Positions 61,010-64,000 of a stretch of 64,000 bases of DNA are shown here, piece by piece. The position numbers and the translations under genes were made by a program. Numbering within the stretch: the stretch's first letter is position 1; every line of letters begins with the position of its first letter. Under the pieces are notes generated by a model that ran no database searches, was not told where the DNA came from, and saw only the letters and a program-made list of their open reading frames with translations. Origin of the DNA: Eubacteriales bacterium (GTDB lineage: Bacteria > Bacillota > Clostridia > Oscillospirales > CAG-272); assembly GCA_045653105.1 (NCBI GenBank), contig JAZOLL010000047.1:698-64697 (forward strand), read 5' to 3'.

Positions 61010-62287
61010 ATGAACGTTCCCTTATATATCGCGATAATAGCGATACTTCTTCTTATGTCAGCCTATTTTTCGGCAACCGAGACAGCTTTCCTCGCAGCAA
61101 GTAAAACAAGACTTAAGCTGCTCGCGGAAAAGAGCAAAAAGGCGCGCCTGGCACTCAGACTTTCCGAGGATTATGACAAGCTCATATCGACGATACTTAT
61201 CGGTAACAACCTCGTAAATATCGCTATTGCATCACTTGGAACTATGCTTTTTGTTGGACTTATGGGCGATATAGGTGCAACCGTGTCAACTGCAGTTATC
61301 ACAATAGCTGTGCTTATATTTGGTGAAGTATGCCCAAAGAGTATCGCAAAGGATGCCCCTGAATCATTCGCACTCTTCTCTGCACCTATAATCAATGCTC
61401 TTATATACCTTTTCTCTCCGATATCCTTTGTTCTCTCCCTCATTAAAAAGCTGATTGCAAAGCTTTTCAAGACAGAAGAAGAACCTACAATGTCACAGGA
61501 AGAGCTCCTTATGATAGTTGATGAGGTCGAGCAAGAAGGCGTTATTGACGAGGATGAAAGCGAGCTTTTACATAATGCTATTGAATTCTCTGAGCTCAGT
61601 GCCGAGGATATTCTCACCCACAGAGTCGATCTTGAAGCGGTTTCTATTGATGCTGACAAGAAAGAGATCGCACGCGTCTTCTCAAGCTCAAAATTCTCCC
61701 GACTTCTTGTCTACGAGGACACTATCGACAAGATCATCGGTGTTATCCACCTCAAGGATTTCTACTTTGAGACCGCAATAACTCGCAAATCTATAAAAGA
61801 TATAATGACTCCCCCTATATTCATACTCAAGAATGAAAAGATCGACGATCTTTTAAGAAAGCTCCAAAAAGCAAAATCCCACGTTGCCATAGTTCTCGAC
61901 GAGTACGGCGGAACCTACGGTATGGTCACTATGGAGGACATTCTTGAAGAGCTCGTTGGAGATATTTGGGACGAGCACGACGAGATCGTAGAGGAGCTCA
62001 AGGAGATTGATGAAAACACATTCCACGTTGATGGAATGATGAATTTTGAGGACTTTTGCGAAGAGTTTGACATCGAAGCTGAATCGCAGGCGATATCAGT
62101 CGGCGGTTGGGCATCTGAACAGCTCGAAAAGATCCCCGATATCGGAGATAGCTTTGAATTTGAAAAGCTGATTATCACCGTCTCGGATATGGACGTTAAC
62201 AGAGTTTCCCTGCTTGAGATAAAAAAGATTCCCAAAGAAACAACAGAAGAAACGGATACCGAAGCACTCAACAATGAGAATTTATAA
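61010..62287 (+). CDS. CNNM/CorC-HlyC family (DUF21-CBS pair-CorC_HlyC) divalent-cation transporter
   Basis: DUF21 membrane part (SAYFSATETAF, LIGNNLVNI), CBS pair, and C-terminal CorC_HlyC-like domain. Confidence 0.75.
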   Translation: MNVPLYIAIIAILLLMSAYFSATETAFLAASKTRLKLLAEKSKKARLALRLSEDYDKLISTILIGNNLVNIAIASLGTMLFVGLMGDIGATVSTAVITIAVLIFGEVCPKSIAKDAPESFALFSAPIINALIYLFSPISFVLSLIKKLIAKLFKTEEEPTMSQEELLMIVDEVEQEGVIDEDESELLHNAIEFSELSAEDILTHRVDLEAVSIDADKKEIARVFSSSKFSRLLVYEDTIDKIIGVIHLKDFYFETAITRKSIKDIMTPPIFILKNEKIDDLLRKLQKAKSHVAIVLDEYGGTYGMVTMEDILEELVGDIWDEHDEIVEELKEIDENTFHVDGMMNFEDFCEEFDIEAESQAISVGGWASEQLEKIPDIGDSFEFEKLIITVSDMDVNRVSLLEIKKIPKETTEETDTEALNNENL

Positions 62288-62303
62288 ATAAAAGCATTAT
62301 AAA

Positions 62304-62351
62304 ATCCCCTTAGAGTAGAAGCTCGATTTTTTGAGTCTACTCTAAGGGGAT
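62304..62351. terminator. long bidirectional hairpin between convergent genes
   Basis: 16-bp stem ATCCCCTTAGAGTAGA/TCTACTCTAAGGGGAT. Confidence 0.65.
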
Positions 62352-62373
62352 ATATTGTTTTATAATAGTCTTT

Positions 62374-63354
62374 TTATTTTTTGATATCGGATGTGTCCAC
62401 CGCTACATTATTGGTTTGAGTAAATAAAGATTTTAAATCTGTAGCCGCAAGTATTCCACACACCACGATCACTCCCGCGCATATAAGCGTTAATGGATTA
62501 AGTACGCTCGTATCCTTAAGAATGATGACTGTAAATACTATTGCCCATGCGGTATATGTAATATTGAGTGCCATCGCTTTAGCCGCACCCAGGTTACCTA
62601 TAGTTCTGTAATAAAGCAAATATGATAATGTTGCAAAAAATGCCGCGAAAGATATCGTTGCAAAGACCATACCCACAGAGGCCTGTGAAAACATAACACC
62701 CATTGTTTTCCAAGCGCCAAGCACAGGTAAAAGGATAATACCGTACACCAACGCAGATACAGCCTGCCTTATGTTCAGCGCATACTCATCTTTTATACTG
62801 CCGTCCTTTAAGCATTTTGCGAGTATCACTGCCTCGATGCCCCAGCCAAACGCACACATCAACGCACCAAGCAAGCCAAGCCAAAAGTTTTGAAACTCAA
62901 TAGAGGGCGAATAGCTAAGACCGTATACACCAAGAAGGGTAAAGACAAGAAATATCCACTGATACCATCTTACTTTTTCCTTGAGAAAAATACATGCAAG
63001 CGCCGTACCAATAGCGGGATATACCGCACTTGCGACCGCTCCAACTGATGCGCCCATATATTTAACTGCCATCATATATCCTGTCATACCCATCGGACCG
63101 CCAATCACCGAAGCCATAATCAGCCATTTGAAGTTAGAATTTTTAAAAACTCGCCCAAGTTCTCCAAGCTTTCCTCTGACTGCATTGTATATCAGCATAA
63201 AGATGGACGATGCAGCATCGTGTAGAAAAGTTGCGATGAACGGAGCTAAAAATATGATATGCGAAGAAGCTGTCATGGGATTCATTGCAAGCGCGATACC
63301 AATAATGACTGTTTCTAGTGCCCAGGTTACCCCGGCAAAAATTCCTGTAAGCAT
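62374..63354 (-). CDS. DMT-superfamily (EamA/GRP-like) membrane transporter
   Basis: 326 aa, about 10 TM helices, two-repeat organisation. No sharper assignment possible by eye. Confidence 0.45.
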   Translation of the reverse strand: MLTGIFAGVTWALETVIIGIALAMNPMTASSHIIFLAPFIATFLHDAASSIFMLIYNAVRGKLGELGRVFKNSNFKWLIMASVIGGPMGMTGYMMAVKYMGASVGAVASAVYPAIGTALACIFLKEKVRWYQWIFLVFTLLGVYGLSYSPSIEFQNFWLGLLGALMCAFGWGIEAVILAKCLKDGSIKDEYALNIRQAVSALVYGIILLPVLGAWKTMGVMFSQASVGMVFATISFAAFFATLSYLLYYRTIGNLGAAKAMALNITYTAWAIVFTVIILKDTSVLNPLTLICAGVIVVCGILAATDLKSLFTQTNNVAVDTSDIKK

Positions 63355-63363
63355 ACGTTTTCC

Positions 63364-64000
63364 TTATTTGATCAACTCACGAAGCTGAGATATATCGGAT
63401 ATAACGATATCTGCACTCATCGCAAGAAGATTCCTTTGCTCCTCTGTCCTTGCAAGTCCAACCGATGTGATGCCCGCGTTTTTTGCAAATCGCACATCCG
63501 TCAATGTGTCGCCAACCATAATCACTCTCTCTTTTTCTACACCGACAAGTTCGCAGAAATTAAATACACAAGAGGGATCCGGCTTTGTTGGATATTCTCC
63601 GTCATCGGTATATATTCTCTCGAACAGATTTTCTATTCCAAGCGCGCTTAAACACTTTCGCGTAATATGTGCATTATCAGTAGTTACTACCGCAAGTTTT
63701 TTTCCCTGAGCTTTAAAGTCATACAAAACTTCTTCAAGATTTACACAGGTAGGCCTTATCTCGCCTGCATCTGCATTTTTATTATAAGCTGAAATCACGG
63801 TGGTTACAACATCGTCGCAGGAACACACACATCCGTGATTCTTAAGAATGGTATAAACGATTTCTCCCATCTGTTCGTACGTTCCTTTGCAAAGCACACC
63901 GTTTATATCAGTAACTCCATCACGAACACCAAACGCCTCCAATATTTCCGGAAGAAGGTTAGGCTTCATCGCAAACGCCTCAAGCACTCTTTCGATTGCC
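63364..64000 (-). CDS. HAD-superfamily phosphatase (phosphoglycolate-phosphatase-like), N-terminus beyond the right edge
   Basis: LAVVTTDN, MVGDTLTDVRFAKNAG (HAD motif IV context). The ORF stays open to position 64000. Confidence 0.6.
   Translation of the reverse strand, partial: AIERVLEAFAMKPNLLPEILEAFGVRDGVTDINGVLCKGTYEQMGEIVYTILKNHGCVCSCDDVVTTVISAYNKNADAGEIRPTCVNLEEVLYDFKAQGKKLAVVTTDNAHITRKCLSALGIENLFERIYTDDGEYPTKPDPSCVFNFCELVGVEKERVIMVGDTLTDVRFAKNAGITSVGLARTEEQRNLLAMSADIVISDISQLRELIK

Noticed and set aside
1-64000. CRISPR arrays, IS elements/transposases, integrases, prophage genes, tRNA/rRNA genes
   Set aside because: I scanned the intergenic regions and the ORF list. I found no direct-repeat/spacer arrays, no transposase-, recombinase- or phage-like proteins, and no cloverleaf-compatible or rRNA-like segments.

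Overview
This 64-kb chromosomal window comes from a low-to-moderate GC, spore-forming Firmicute of the Clostridia type. That placement rests on spoIVA, a Gram-positive-type PolC and the conserved block pyrH-frr-uppS-cdsA-dxr-rseP-ispG-polC. About 53 protein-coding genes are supported. I found no rRNA, tRNA, CRISPR array, IS element or prophage. Most of the window is housekeeping: replication and repair (polC, uvrC, ruvX), translation and RNA modification (frr, trmD, rimM, rsmD, cca), isoprenoid and lipid synthesis (dxr, ispG, uppS, cdsA), and gdhA, coaD, ppa and spoIVA. The less ordinary content, in order of my interest:

1. One 859-aa ORF (53608-56187) fuses a complete TetM/EF-G-type translational GTPase to a YacP/Rae1-type NYN ribonuclease domain.
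2. A four-gene envelope operon (9840-16535) opens with a YwaF/TMEM164-like membrane domain fused to an ABC ATPase. It is preceded by five helically phased TGTTnA repeats.
3. A divergent pair of fused lipid and glycolipid genes: O-antigen-ligase-like plus GT28 glycosyltransferase, and DedA/TVP38 plus PlsC acyltransferase plus zinc ribbon.
4. Two pnuC paralogs, each behind a similar leader that contains a terminator.
5. A duplicated ~110-nt hairpin-operator-promoter module bracketing a membrane-anchored XRE regulator.
6. A uORF-plus-terminator leader in front of a CNNM/CorC-type transporter.
7. A four-domain flavodiiron protein.

All domain calls were made by eye from motifs. No database search was run.
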